From contig CAUTAF010000008.1 in assembly GCA_963536495.1 (NCBI GenBank), positions 4,627-68,626 on the forward strand: a stretch of DNA of 64,000 bases, written 5' to 3'. Shown piece after piece: positions 35,923-45,500 of the stretch (the stretch's first letter is position 1; each line of letters starts with the position of its first letter). The notes under the pieces were generated by a model. That model was not told where the DNA came from and made no database searches. It saw only the letters and a list, made by a program, of their open reading frames with translations. The DNA comes from an uncultured Eubacteriales bacterium. GTDB taxonomy: Bacteria; Bacillota_I; Bacilli_A; RF39; UBA660. Made by a program: the position numbers and the translations under genes.

Positions 35923-37404
35923 TTAGTTTTTTGTTTCATTGTTGTTTTTATTATTTATTTTATCCATAACACCTTTAGTGAAATATCCAGCTATTACAGA
36001 TTTTAAATCTATTCCTAAGCTATCTCCTACACCACTGTTTACCTTTTCTATCATTTTTGTAATGTCGCCTATCATCTTTTCTCCATTACCCTCACCATAC
36101 ATAGTGATTTTATCAACTTTTTCAAGTGGACTTGCAACATTTTTAGCAATTTCAGGAAGTGCTTTAAAGTACATTTCAAGTAATGCTCCCTCTCCATATT
36201 TTTTCATAGCCTCTGCCTTTTTATCTAATCCCTCTGCCTCTGCAAGTAAACTGTTCTTTTTACCCTCTGCCTCTGCATTAAGTTTAGCTTGAATTGATTT
36301 AGCTTGTGCTAATCCCTCTTGTTCTATTGCTTTAGCATTTGCCTCTGCTTTAATTCTAATTGCCTCAGCGTCTGCCTCTGCCTCTAATTTTTTTGCTAAG
36401 GCTTTAGTTTCTGCCTCTAATTTAATAGCCTCCATTTCTCTTTGCTTTTCTATAAGTTTTGCCTCAGCGTCTTTATTTCTTTTATATAGTTCAGCGTCTG
36501 CTTTAATTTCTTGTTCATTTTTTACTTCAGCCTCTAACTTAGCTTTTTGAGTTTTAATGTTGATTTCTTCTTTTTGGAAATCTGCCTCTCCTTTGGCTTG
36601 TTCTACTTCTTTTCTCTTTTTTTGTGTTTCAAGTTCATAAGTAACATCTGCCATAGCTTTTTTTGTATCAGATTGAACTTTTAAATCAGCTTTTTTAATA
36701 TTAAGTTCATTTTCTTTTATAGAAATTTCTGTTTCTGTTTGTACTTTAACATCTATTGCCTCTTTTGTTGCCTTAGCTTTTTCAATATTTACATCTCTTT
36801 CAGCTTTGGCTCTAGCAATTAAAGCCTCTTTTGTAATCTTTGCCTCATTTTCTGCTCCTAAATTTTCAATAATTCCTCTTTCTTCTTGGAAGTTTTGAAT
36901 AGTAAACGAAATTATCTTTAATCCCATTTCTCTTAAATCAGGAGAAACATTTTCTTGAACCTTATTGTTAAATTCTTTTCTGTTTTGTACTATTTCTTCA
37001 ATTTTTAATTGTCCTATAATTTCTCTTAGATTACCCTCTAAAACATCTTTAATTTCATCAGCTATTGTTGAACTTGGCTTATTTAAAAAGTTTTTACTAG
37101 CTTTATCAAGAACTTCTTCATCTATTTGCACTTTTGCAATAGCGTCTGCCTTGATATTTATATAATCGTTAGTAGGTACATCTTCACTTGTATTGACATC
37201 TACTGAAAAAGCCTTTAAATCAAGATAGTCAACTCTTTCAAACCAACGAAGATAAAAAGCTATTTTCCCTGTAACTCTTCTTTTTCTAAACCCACTTATA
37301 AAACATACCTTATCATCAGGTACTTTAACATAACCAAACATACCTATGATAAATACCAATACACTTGCAATTCCTACCAATTTTAAAATTCCTAATATTG
37401 TCAT
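35923..37404 (-). CDS. flotillin / SPFH (band 7) family protein
   Basis: 493 aa with an N-terminal membrane hairpin, an SPFH core (VDVNTSEDVPTNDYINIKADAIAKVQI...EGNLREIIGQLKIEEIVQNRKEFNNKVQE) and a long A/E/K-rich flotillin coiled coil (AEAKLIEKQREMEAIKLEAETKALAKKLEAEADAEAIRIKAEANAKAI). Confidence 0.85.
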   Translation of the reverse strand: MTILGILKLVGIASVLVFIIGMFGYVKVPDDKVCFISGFRKRRVTGKIAFYLRWFERVDYLDLKAFSVDVNTSEDVPTNDYINIKADAIAKVQIDEEVLDKASKNFLNKPSSTIADEIKDVLEGNLREIIGQLKIEEIVQNRKEFNNKVQENVSPDLREMGLKIISFTIQNFQEERGIIENLGAENEAKITKEALIARAKAERDVNIEKAKATKEAIDVKVQTETEISIKENELNIKKADLKVQSDTKKAMADVTYELETQKKRKEVEQAKGEADFQKEEINIKTQKAKLEAEVKNEQEIKADAELYKRNKDAEAKLIEKQREMEAIKLEAETKALAKKLEAEADAEAIRIKAEANAKAIEQEGLAQAKSIQAKLNAEAEGKKNSLLAEAEGLDKKAEAMKKYGEGALLEMYFKALPEIAKNVASPLEKVDKITMYGEGNGEKMIGDITKMIEKVNSGVGDSLGIDLKSVIAGYFTKGVMDKINNKNNNETKN

Positions 37405-37557
37405 TTTTTTCCTCCTAATTAAATTTTTTTATATTTTTAAAATAGACTTGTAAGTCCATTTTGTTTACCTTATTTATTTTTTAGCACAAAAAAATCATTA
37501 ATTTTAATAATTAATTTTCCCTTTTTTTATTTTCTTTTTTTTATTTACTTTTTATTT

Positions 37558-37737
37558 TTAGATTTTAATAATCCAATATAATATTGCTGAAATTATTATT
37601 CCTAAAAATATATAGCAAAAACTCCATTTATTTTCTTTTTTTGTTAAAAACCAATATGTTATTGACATAGACATTACTACCATAATTGCAATATATATAT
37701 TTAATGGACTTTCAAAATTTCCAAACGCTAACATCAT
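37558..37737 (-). CDS. 59-aa 2-TM membrane protein
   Basis: MMLAFGNFESPLNIYIAIMVVMSMSITYWFLTKKENKWSFCYIFLGIIISAILYWIIKI. Below the track cut-off. Confidence 0.4.
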   Translation of the reverse strand: MMLAFGNFESPLNIYIAIMVVMSMSITYWFLTKKENKWSFCYIFLGIIISAILYWIIKI

Positions 37738-37762
37738 AATAAATCACCTATTTTTTCAATTC

Positions 37763-37930
37763 TTATTTTTTAAGAAAATAATATGTTGTTATCAAAACTA
37801 TTATTCCAAAAATTATAAAACAAGCACTCAATTTATTTTCATCTTTATCTGAAAACTTATTAGATAACTTCATCATAATTCCTGTAAGTAATAGCATTAT
37901 TAAACTAAACAGACTTATTTCTACTATCAT
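37763..37930 (-). CDS. 55-aa 2-TM membrane protein
   Basis: MIVEISLFSLIMLLLTGIMMKLSNKFSDKDENKLSACFIIFGIIVLITTYYFLKK. It overlaps the end of 37905..38318 by 26 nt. Confidence 0.4.
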   Translation of the reverse strand: MIVEISLFSLIMLLLTGIMMKLSNKFSDKDENKLSACFIIFGIIVLITTYYFLKK

Positions 37931-38318
37931 AAACTACCTCAACTTCTTCATTTCTAAAAACTAATATTTCATATCTCATTTTGGTATTATCTTCTCTTCC
38001 TGAAAAGATTTTAGAGAAATATTTTTTAAATCTATCATTTTCTCTTAAATATGATAAATTCAATTCTAAATCTTTATGTCTTTTGACAAAAGTTAGATTT
38101 TTAGTTTTTAAATATTTTATAAATTCCTTTTCTGTTTGACTATCTATAAGTTCTTTGAAAATCTCACAACTAAATATTTCTCTATTATCTTCAATCTTTA
38201 TTCTATTATTTTTTAAATTATCTTTATATTCTTCAATTAAATCAAGTATATATTTTATTTGTACTTTTGTTTCATCACGCAATTCCATAAAATCTACTCT
38301 CTTCCATTTAAAATCCAA
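37905..38318 (-). CDS. hypothetical protein
   Basis: 137-aa ORF. Confidence 0.6.
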   Translation of the reverse strand: MDFKWKRVDFMELRDETKVQIKYILDLIEEYKDNLKNNRIKIEDNREIFSCEIFKELIDSQTEKEFIKYLKTKNLTFVKRHKDLELNLSYLRENDRFKKYFSKIFSGREDNTKMRYEILVFRNEEVEVVYDSRNKSV

Positions 38319-38803
38319 TTTATTATTGTTATCAACATTCCTAAAATTAAACCTAATCCAACTAGAGATAATACTACAAGATTTAATCCAACATCACCAA
38401 GAACATCTTCAAAAAGAATGAGTTCAATTTTTCTAAAAAAACCTGCTTTTTGAAATTCTTCTATATCTTTAGCTTTTTTTATGTTTCTTTTTTTTATATT
38501 TTCTCTTTCGATTGGAATTTCTTTTTTAAAAAAATCTCTTGCTTTTTCATAGTTTTCCAAACTATAATTTTCGTTCAAAAGTTCCTTTTCATCTATTGTT
38601 AAAATGTTATTAAGTTCTGCAAAGTCTTCTTTATCTTGATAAAGTTCTGTAAATTTTTCTTCAATTTTTCTTTCTTTATTTCTTTTTACATTTGCTAATG
38701 TTGTAACTGTATTAGCATTAATTATTGTACTTGGATAAGCATAGACTACATTTTCTATATTAATAAAACAAAACATCATTATTAGTATCATTATTTTTTT
38801 CAT
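38294..38803 (-). CDS. exported protein with C-terminal membrane anchor
   Basis: Signal-peptide-like MKKIMILIMMFCFINIENVVYA and a C-terminal TM (VGLNLVVLSLVGLGLILGMLITIINWIL). Confidence 0.6.
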   Translation of the reverse strand: MKKIMILIMMFCFINIENVVYAYPSTIINANTVTTLANVKRNKERKIEEKFTELYQDKEDFAELNNILTIDEKELLNENYSLENYEKARDFFKKEIPIERENIKKRNIKKAKDIEEFQKAGFFRKIELILFEDVLGDVGLNLVVLSLVGLGLILGMLITIINWILNGRE

Positions 38804-38832
38804 AATCCACTCTTCTTTCTAATGCTATTTAA

Positions 38833-39477
38833 CTAAACAAAACTTTTAACCTTTCTATCTTTCATTGTTTGTATTTTCTTCATTATTTCAACTTCGTTTC
38901 TGAATAACACACTTTCAGAAAATGGTACTTGTTGTAAATCATTTATATTTTTAGTTCTAACTACAACTTTTGCTTTCTTTACACCATCTACATTTCTATC
39001 TAAGACTTCATTTACAAGTCCTACATATATCATAGTTATTTGAGATAAGATTTCTATTGGTAAGAATACAAAGAAGTTATCATATACTTCTAAATATTGT
39101 TTGTAAGCGTCTTTTGAAGTTGTTCCTTTTTCTTCAGCAACTATTCTTTCATATTCTATTTTTGCTTGTAAAGTTAGTTCTGTCAATTCATCAAAGTGAT
39201 TTAAAAATATATACTTTCTCATTACTTCTTTTAAGATAGTATACACATTTATTATAAAAAATGTTTCATCATAGTTTTCGTTTCTTTTCTTTAATAAAAC
39301 ATTCATTAAAGTCTTTTCAAATCTATCTTTGTCAAATTTTCTTAATTCTAATTTTATATCTTTTTCCATTAATGTTTGTGTTAATTTATAAGTTGTTTCT
39401 AACTCATAATCACTATTCATTTGTTCTACTATAAATTCATTTACTTGTTGTCTATCATCTAAATTCATCATTTTCAT
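38833..39477 (-). CDS. hypothetical protein
   Basis: 214-aa ORF. Confidence 0.6.
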   Translation of the reverse strand: MKMMNLDDRQQVNEFIVEQMNSDYELETTYKLTQTLMEKDIKLELRKFDKDRFEKTLMNVLLKKRNENYDETFFIINVYTILKEVMRKYIFLNHFDELTELTLQAKIEYERIVAEEKGTTSKDAYKQYLEVYDNFFVFLPIEILSQITMIYVGLVNEVLDRNVDGVKKAKVVVRTKNINDLQQVPFSESVLFRNEVEIMKKIQTMKDRKVKSFV

Positions 39478-39492
39478 TCACTCCTTTATTAC

Positions 39493-39732
39493 TTACCAAA
39501 CAGCATATAACTCTCTATGATTAATTTGTACTGTCGGTATTCTCATAATTGCTTTTTTTAAGAGATTACTTTTTCTTTCAAACTCAAATAAATCGTTTAC
39601 ATAATCATATCCTATATATTTAACATCTAATATATTGTTGTTCTTGTATTTAATTTTTACTTTTGTACCATTATATAAAGTTCTACCATTAGCTTTTAGA
39701 ACACCTTTAAATGCCTCTATTCTATTATTCAT
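39493..39732 (-). CDS. small hypothetical protein
   Basis: 79-aa ORF with RBS AAAGGAG. Confidence 0.55.
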   Translation of the reverse strand: MNNRIEAFKGVLKANGRTLYNGTKVKIKYKNNNILDVKYIGYDYVNDLFEFERKSNLLKKAIMRIPTVQINHRELYAVW

Positions 39733-39781
39733 TGCAATCTCCTTTTAAGGGTTTATATTGTCTACTTCTGCTACTAAAAAT

Positions 39782-39960
39782 GTATTAAAATATATTTAAT
39801 ACACTAGAATATTACTACTTCATTGAGTATATTTTCAATACAATGTATCTACTCATAGTTCCTTGTACTCTCCATAGTCGTAAATTCCTGACTAGCCATC
39901 AGTACATTTCTTTTTATTTTTTAAAATATCTATGCTATTACTTTATATATTTTTGCTTTT
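39782..39960 (-). ncRNA. putative TnpB omega-RNA (reRNA) scaffold / IS right end
   Basis: A G/C-enriched structured tract lies directly 3' of the tnpB stop (GTACTGATGGCTAGTCAGGAATTTACGACTATGGAGAGTAC...). It ends in the hairpin GTATTAAA-tata-TTTAATAC plus a U-run (39782-39802). The boundaries are not determined. Confidence 0.4.
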
Positions 39961-41090
39961 TCAAGATTTATACTTGCATTGTAATCTCTATCTATTTCTA
40001 AGCCACAATTACTACATCTATAAATCCTATCGTTAAGTTTTAAATCTTTTTTGATTTCTCCACAACAAGAGCAAGTCTTAGAACTTGGATAGAATGTATC
40101 TACTAACCTTAACTCAATATTTCTCTCCTTGCACTTGTTTATAAGTTTAGTTCTTATGTTATAAAAATTCTGTTCTTGTATTGCTTTAGATAGATGTCTG
40201 TTCTTCATCATATTAGATACTTTTAAATCTTCAATAGTAATATATTTTAACTTGGTTCTTGTTATTTCATCTACCATCTTATTGTTATAATCATATCTAA
40301 TACAACTCAATCTATAAAACAATCTTTGTACTTTTAACTTTTTTTTATTAAAATTTTTTAGTTCTTTCAACTTTATTTTTTTAGATTTAGAATATTCTAT
40401 ACTCCTTGACATCTTTCTTTGTTCTCTTTTTAGTTTCTTTTCAATTTTCTTTACTTTCTTAGTTTTATTGATATTCTTAAATACTCTACCATCAGAACAT
40501 ATAGCTGTATCTTTTATACCTAAATCCACTCCTAATCCTTTTGTATTTGTATTTTCAGTTTTAACTATATCATCTACTTCCATAACAAGTGATAGGAAAT
40601 ATCTATCTGCTATTTTGGATATAGTACCACTTTTTATATTAGCATTTTTAGGTATATATCCATATTCTTTTACCCTTACAAATTTTAAAGTAGGTATTTT
40701 TATTTTATGCCTATAAAATTCAAAATCTGTTTTGTGATTTCTAACAAAATATGCACCAAGTTCATTCTTACCTTTCTTCTTAAAAACAGGAAAACCACTT
40801 AATTCCTTAAAAAAGTTTTTAAAAGCCTTTTCTCCATAAATCATTGCTTGTTTAACTGATTTTGAAGATACCTCTTTAATCCATTTTTTATCAGGATTAT
40901 TAGGAAGATATACATTATTGATGTACTTAGAAAATTCAAAAGCACTAACAAATTTATTTCCTAGTTCATATTGTTCCTGATTATATTTAATATACTCATT
41001 ATATATAAATCTTTCAACTCCGATAGTTTTATTTACTTGTATCTTCTGTTCATTTGTTAGTTTTAATTCTATCTTTATCGCTTTATACAT
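39930..41090 (-). CDS. tnpB: TnpB (IS605 OrfB-family RNA-guided nuclease)
   Basis: RuvC-I GVDLGIKD, RuvC-II ITIEDLKVSNM, zinc ribbon CSCCG..(14)..CSNCG and RuvC-III DRDYNASINL. 386 aa. Confidence 0.85.
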   Translation of the reverse strand: MYKAIKIELKLTNEQKIQVNKTIGVERFIYNEYIKYNQEQYELGNKFVSAFEFSKYINNVYLPNNPDKKWIKEVSSKSVKQAMIYGEKAFKNFFKELSGFPVFKKKGKNELGAYFVRNHKTDFEFYRHKIKIPTLKFVRVKEYGYIPKNANIKSGTISKIADRYFLSLVMEVDDIVKTENTNTKGLGVDLGIKDTAICSDGRVFKNINKTKKVKKIEKKLKREQRKMSRSIEYSKSKKIKLKELKNFNKKKLKVQRLFYRLSCIRYDYNNKMVDEITRTKLKYITIEDLKVSNMMKNRHLSKAIQEQNFYNIRTKLINKCKERNIELRLVDTFYPSSKTCSCCGEIKKDLKLNDRIYRCSNCGLEIDRDYNASINLEKAKIYKVIA

Positions 41091-41148
41091 CTTCCACCTA
41101 CCTTTCTATATGTTTTTGATAACTGTTTTTGTTCTCCTTTGTGGCTAT

Positions 41149-41177
41149 ATTATACCACATACAAAGTAAAATGTCAA
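41149..41177 (-). promoter_or_regulatory. cassette promoter P11 (upstream of tnpB)
   Basis: TTGACA-17-TATAAT with TGG (TTGACATTTTACTTTGTATGTGGTATAATATAGCC). Confidence 0.6.
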
Positions 41178-41184
41178 GCATTTA

Positions 41185-41198
41185 GGACAATGTTGTCT
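41185..41198. promoter_or_regulatory. palindromic operator-like site 7 nt upstream of the -35
   Basis: GGACAATGTTGTCT. Confidence 0.5.
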
Positions 41199-41199
41199 T

Positions 41200-41221
41200 A
41201 AATAGACTTATAAGTCTATTT
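41200..41221. repeat. 22-nt perfect palindrome between divergent promoters
   Basis: AAATAGACTTA|TAAGTCTATTT. It is related to AGGACTTGCAAGTCCT (26410) and TAGACTTGTAAGTCCA (37444). Confidence 0.7.
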
Positions 41222-41262
41222 AAAGTTATCAAAAAAAATTATTTTTTTATTTTTTTAAAAAG

Positions 41263-41271
41263 TGATATAAT
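41263..41271 (+). promoter_or_regulatory. extended -10 promoter for 41358..41789
   Basis: TGATATAAT. The -35 is poor. Confidence 0.4.
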
Positions 41272-41357
41272 GTAAAATAATGTATAATAAATTAAAATAT
41301 ATAATAAATAATTAAAATTATAATAATCTAAATTATAATAAAAAAAGGGGTACTAAA

Positions 41358-41789
41358 ATGTTTCTTTACAATAATAAATTAAAAAATATCTTAACAAAGT
41401 TTCAAAAGAAAAGATATGAAAATTATGTTAAAATAAATGAATATTACAATAGTTTATCTGAAGAAGAATTAAAATGTGAATATATTAATCTAAAAGCTAG
41501 TTATAAATTTAAGAAGATTTCTTTCTTTTTAACTGCTCCATTATTTCTATTTGCTCTTTATAAAATTATAGGAATAATGTTTATTTATTCTCATTTCTTT
41601 CCTAAAATAGATATTATAGAAATCACTCCTGATATGATAAAGTTAGCAATATTTTCTTCTTTATGTCTTATCATATCTTCTTCTCTTGTTATATTTTTGA
41701 TTATAAAAGTAATATTAAATATTTTTAGGTGCTACTATCAGAACATACTTATCTTAGAGAATATCATCAAAGAAAAAAAGGCTAGTTAA
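41358..41789 (+). CDS. hypothetical membrane protein
   Basis: 143 aa with RBS AAAGGGG. TM helices are ISFFLTAPLFLFALYKIIGIMFIY and LAIFSSLCLIISSSLVIFLIIKVIL. Confidence 0.65.
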   Translation: MFLYNNKLKNILTKFQKKRYENYVKINEYYNSLSEEELKCEYINLKASYKFKKISFFLTAPLFLFALYKIIGIMFIYSHFFPKIDIIEITPDMIKLAIFSSLCLIISSSLVIFLIIKVILNIFRCYYQNILILENIIKEKKAS

Positions 41790-41806
41790 TTTCTAGCCTT
41801 TTCTTT
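41775..41806. terminator. bidirectional intrinsic terminator between convergent genes
   Basis: AAAAAGGCTAG-ttaattt-CTAGCCTTTTCTTTT. Confidence 0.65.
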
Positions 41807-41821
41807 TCTTTTCTTTTTAAA

Positions 41822-42421
41822 TTAATACCCTGTTTCTTCAATGTCGTTAAAATAGTTTTTTTCTTCTTCTTTGTTATCTGTTGTTTCAGTTTCTTCGATT
41901 TCAACTGTTTTAGAATTTTCTTCCTTTTCAGAATTTTCATCTTCAACTTCTTCTTCAAGTTCTTCGTCTTCAAATTCTTCAAGTTCAGCTAATTCTTCTT
42001 CTTCTTTTAGTTTCATCATTTCTTTGTAATCATATCCCATTAATTCATAAATTTTCTTTTCATTATCTTCTTCTGAATTAATTAGTTCATTTATTTTTAC
42101 AAATTTACCTTTAACTTCTTCGTTTTGTGCAACAGCAAAGTCTATTATTTTATTTAGTAAAAAAGTATCATCTGTCATTTTTGAAATATCTTTAAGAACT
42201 TTTTTATAATCTAAACTTTCAACGACTTTTATCATATCGTTTATTGTTTTCTTATCATCTTTATAGATTTCTTTCTTTAAAGCCTCCATTTCAGCTTTCA
42301 TTTTTTCAAGTCTTATTTGCTTAGGACTTTTCTTTTTCTTTTGATTAATTAAATTCTTTTTTACTATGTCTATTTTATTTCCTATTTTCTTTGCTACCTT
42401 TTCTTTTAAATCTTCTTTCAT
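41822..42421 (-). CDS. hypothetical protein with poly-acidic C-terminus
   Basis: 199 aa and the last gene of the virD4 transcription unit. The tail reads EEEELAELEEFEDEELEEEVEDE. Confidence 0.65.
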   Translation of the reverse strand: MKEDLKEKVAKKIGNKIDIVKKNLINQKKKKSPKQIRLEKMKAEMEALKKEIYKDDKKTINDMIKVVESLDYKKVLKDISKMTDDTFLLNKIIDFAVAQNEEVKGKFVKINELINSEEDNEKKIYELMGYDYKEMMKLKEEEELAELEEFEDEELEEEVEDENSEKEENSKTVEIEETETTDNKEEEKNYFNDIEETGY

Positions 42422-42484
42422 ACTCTTTTACCCCTTTCTAGTAAAATTATTTTTATTTTTTTCTACCGATTTTATATAGCAACA

Positions 42485-42519
42485 GATAACAGTTACCTTA
42501 ATAAGATAACTTAGTTATC
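42485..42519. promoter_or_regulatory. two adjacent GATAAC-N-GTTAYC inverted repeats (operator or oriT-like)
   Basis: GATAACaGTTACC (42485-97) and GATAACttaGTTATC (42505-19), 20 nt start to start, in the 139-nt gap after virD4. Confidence 0.45.
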
Positions 42520-42560
42520 CATTACCATATTTTTATTTAATGATTATATCTAGCAAATGC

Positions 42561-45500
42561 CTATCCGACATTATCTAGCATTTCCTTTCTTAGTTGAGTG
42601 TCTTCTTTTGCTTTTTCCCATTCAACTAAGCTACTTCTTACATCTTTTTGTAATGCGTTCCAAGTTGCATTATTATTTCTTAAATATTTTATTAAATTTC
42701 TTAAAATAGCATTTGCCATTTTTTGCTTATCTAAATCCTTGTCTTCGTTTTCTTTTGCTTTTCCTATATCAACAACTTTCATTTTAATAGGTACATAGAT
42801 TTTATGTTCTATTACTCTTTCAGTTTGTGGGTCAATTACTTCAAATTTAGAAAGTATCATTACATAAGTTTCTCTAGTAATTTTCTTAGCTAAATAACTT
42901 ACAAAATCATCATAATGGTTATTTATGAAATCTGCATACTTTTCATCATCTAATTTACTTGTATAATTAATCCAATATCTTCTTACTAAATCATAATCAA
43001 CACTTGGGTTTCCTAATACTTTTTGTTCTTTAAATTCTTCTTTAAATTCTTCAACAACTTGTTCTCTGTTGTTTCCGTCTTCATCTTTTACAGTAACAGT
43101 TTTCAATTCAAATTTAGAGTATTTTTCCTTACCATTTTTCAAAGAAAACTCTAAATTCTTATTGTTTTCTAAAGCTAATTTAATTTCCTTTATTCTTTCT
43201 TCAAAGATTATTTGTAATGAATTTACTCCACCATTGTCATTCTTAACTTTTAAGAATGGACTTTTTGTTCCATAATATTTAGAGAAATATTGTTCCCAAT
43301 CATCTGTATTTACAGTAGATTTTTCTCCTTTTTCTTTATCTTCTTTCAAGAAATTATAGAAATTTTCATAACTTGTTAGAATAAGTTCTTCTGTATTATT
43401 AGGATTAATAATTTCTTCACTTAAACTATCTTCACCTTTACTGTTGTCATCTTTAATATTTGTACCACCATTAACTTTTAAAATTGTTTCAAGTAATCCG
43501 TCATATAAAGACGCTCCATAGAATACCATTTCTGCTCTGTCTTTATCTGTTTCTTCAAGGTCTAATATCAAAGTAGAGTTTATAGGTAAGAATAAATTAG
43601 AAAATTCTTCTCCTTTATTCATAGAAATACTTCTATTTAAAACAGCTAAATCATCTATCATACTTTGATTATCTAAGTCAAATAAATGTTCTAAATTCTT
43701 TCCAGTAGCTTTCTTGTACTCTTTATCAGCAAATCTTCCCTCACCAGCAATACTTTCTTTATAGTAAGTCTTTAAATCTGTATTAGTTACCTTAGCAATA
43801 ACTCCACTTAAAATATCTTCTTGATGTTTAATAAGTCCTGTTCTTGCTCTTGATAAAACTATTCCTTTATTTTTACCATTATAGTCAAAGTTATTTAATA
43901 AATCTCCAACAAATCCTTTTGCAACAACAGTTGTTTTTCCATTTTCTACAATCGTTTCATATCTTGCAAATATTAATGGTTGTTTCATATATCCTAATAC
44001 ATAACATACTTTATAATATCTATAAAATGTACTTTCAACTCCATATACTTCATTCTTTGGTTCATAGAACACTTCATATCTATTTAATATATCATCATTA
44101 TTAGGATTTGTTAATTTATATGATAAATCATTTTCAATATTCTTGTTGTCTTCTATCTTGTCTAATCCCTCACTTATAACATAAGGTATTTTTGTTCTAC
44201 CTTTATATTCAGGTACTTTAAAGTATTGTATCTTTTCAGTTAAGATAGGAGGTTTACCACTGACTGATATAAGAATTTTATCAGACGGAAGATTTCTTAC
44301 CTCACTTACTGATAACAAGTTTCTTGATTGTCTTGTTTCAGATTTCGTACCACTACTAAATGCTTTCATTCCACTTTTGTTTTCATATTCTATCGTTTCA
44401 CTTCCGAATGTTTCACTTACATATTTAGCTGTTTGGTTTTCATTGGCTGTATAGAATATTTGGACAGCACAATTTGACATAAATCCATTCTTTTCTCCAT
44501 AAATATTAAATAATTGGTCTAAAGATTGTAGGATTATCATTAATTTCATTCCATACCCTGCAACATATCCTATACCTTTTTCCAATACTTCCATCTTACC
44601 TAAAGCTGGGAACTCATCTAGTACAAACAGTAATCTCCATTTATGTCCTTTACCACTAATGTAATCCATTTCAGAAGTTAATCCGTTTACTATTTGAATT
44701 AATACTATTCTTGCAAATGGCGACATTGTAACTAAGTCTTTTGGTTCTATAACTAGGTATAATGATACAGGTGTCTTGTAGTTCATTAAATCCCATATTC
44801 TAAAATCAGATGAACTTGTGTTATATCTAACAATAGGAGTAGAGAACATCTTTAATTTTGTTTCTCCAACAGCTTTTACTGAACCAAACATATTTTCTGA
44901 CATTGTACAAATCTTAGAGAATAATTTTTGTATACTTGGGTGTATTCCTTTATCAATTATTCCTGTATTTGTAGGATATGAATTTTGTAAAACTCCCATA
45001 AGTTTAGCATTGTTTTCTGTATCAGTAGGGTCAAAGTGTTTGATAAAGTTTTCAGGAGCTGGTTGTTTAAAACCTTTCTTTCCATCTTCACTCTCTACTG
45101 TTTCAACAGCTGGAACTCCATAAAGTGGTTTACCATTTTTATTCTTATTAGGAGAAAGTCCTGCTAAGAAACTCAAATAGTCTTTCAATTCCATATCATT
45201 ATCAGGGTTTACTAAAACATCATTTATATCTGAAAATCCTGCTCTACGATTTGCCTCTAATGTTTCAGCGTCTGTTAAATCTCTTCCCTCAACTTCTTTT
45301 ATTCTTTTCTTCATTGCTAATCCCTCTTGTCTTACTTTATATAAGGCAAAAGTCATTAATCCTTGAATAAAGATACTACCATTTTCGTCCCAAAATGGGT
45401 CTGGTTTTTCACTTTGTGATAATAGAGTTGCTATGTTATCTATTTGTTCACTTTCTTTAAGTCCACCCTCAAATGCAACATCAATTTCATTCATAGGGTT

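Larger units (their letters stand above)
39782..41100 (-). mobile_element. IS200/IS605-family tnpB-only element (IS1341-like), ends uncertain
   Basis: TnpB ORF plus a structured 3' end. No Y1 TnpA gene is adjacent. Confidence 0.4.

Noticed and set aside
37444-37459. TAGACTTGTAAGTCCA hairpin as a terminator separating the small TM ORFs from the flotillin gene.
   Set aside because: The stem is imperfect with a minimal loop, and no convincing promoter follows for the flotillin gene. It is more likely a member of the RGACTTRYAAGTCY palindrome class.
41782-41982. 66-aa lysine-rich minus-strand ORF.
   Set aside because: It is an alternative frame inside and overlapping 41822..42421. Its low-complexity K-rich translation comes from the acidic-tail coding region.
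42514-42527. DnaA-box-like TTATCCATT as evidence for a replication origin.
   Set aside because: It is a single imperfect box that overlaps the GATAAC/GTTATC palindrome. That is insufficient, so it is reported only as part of the repeat finding.
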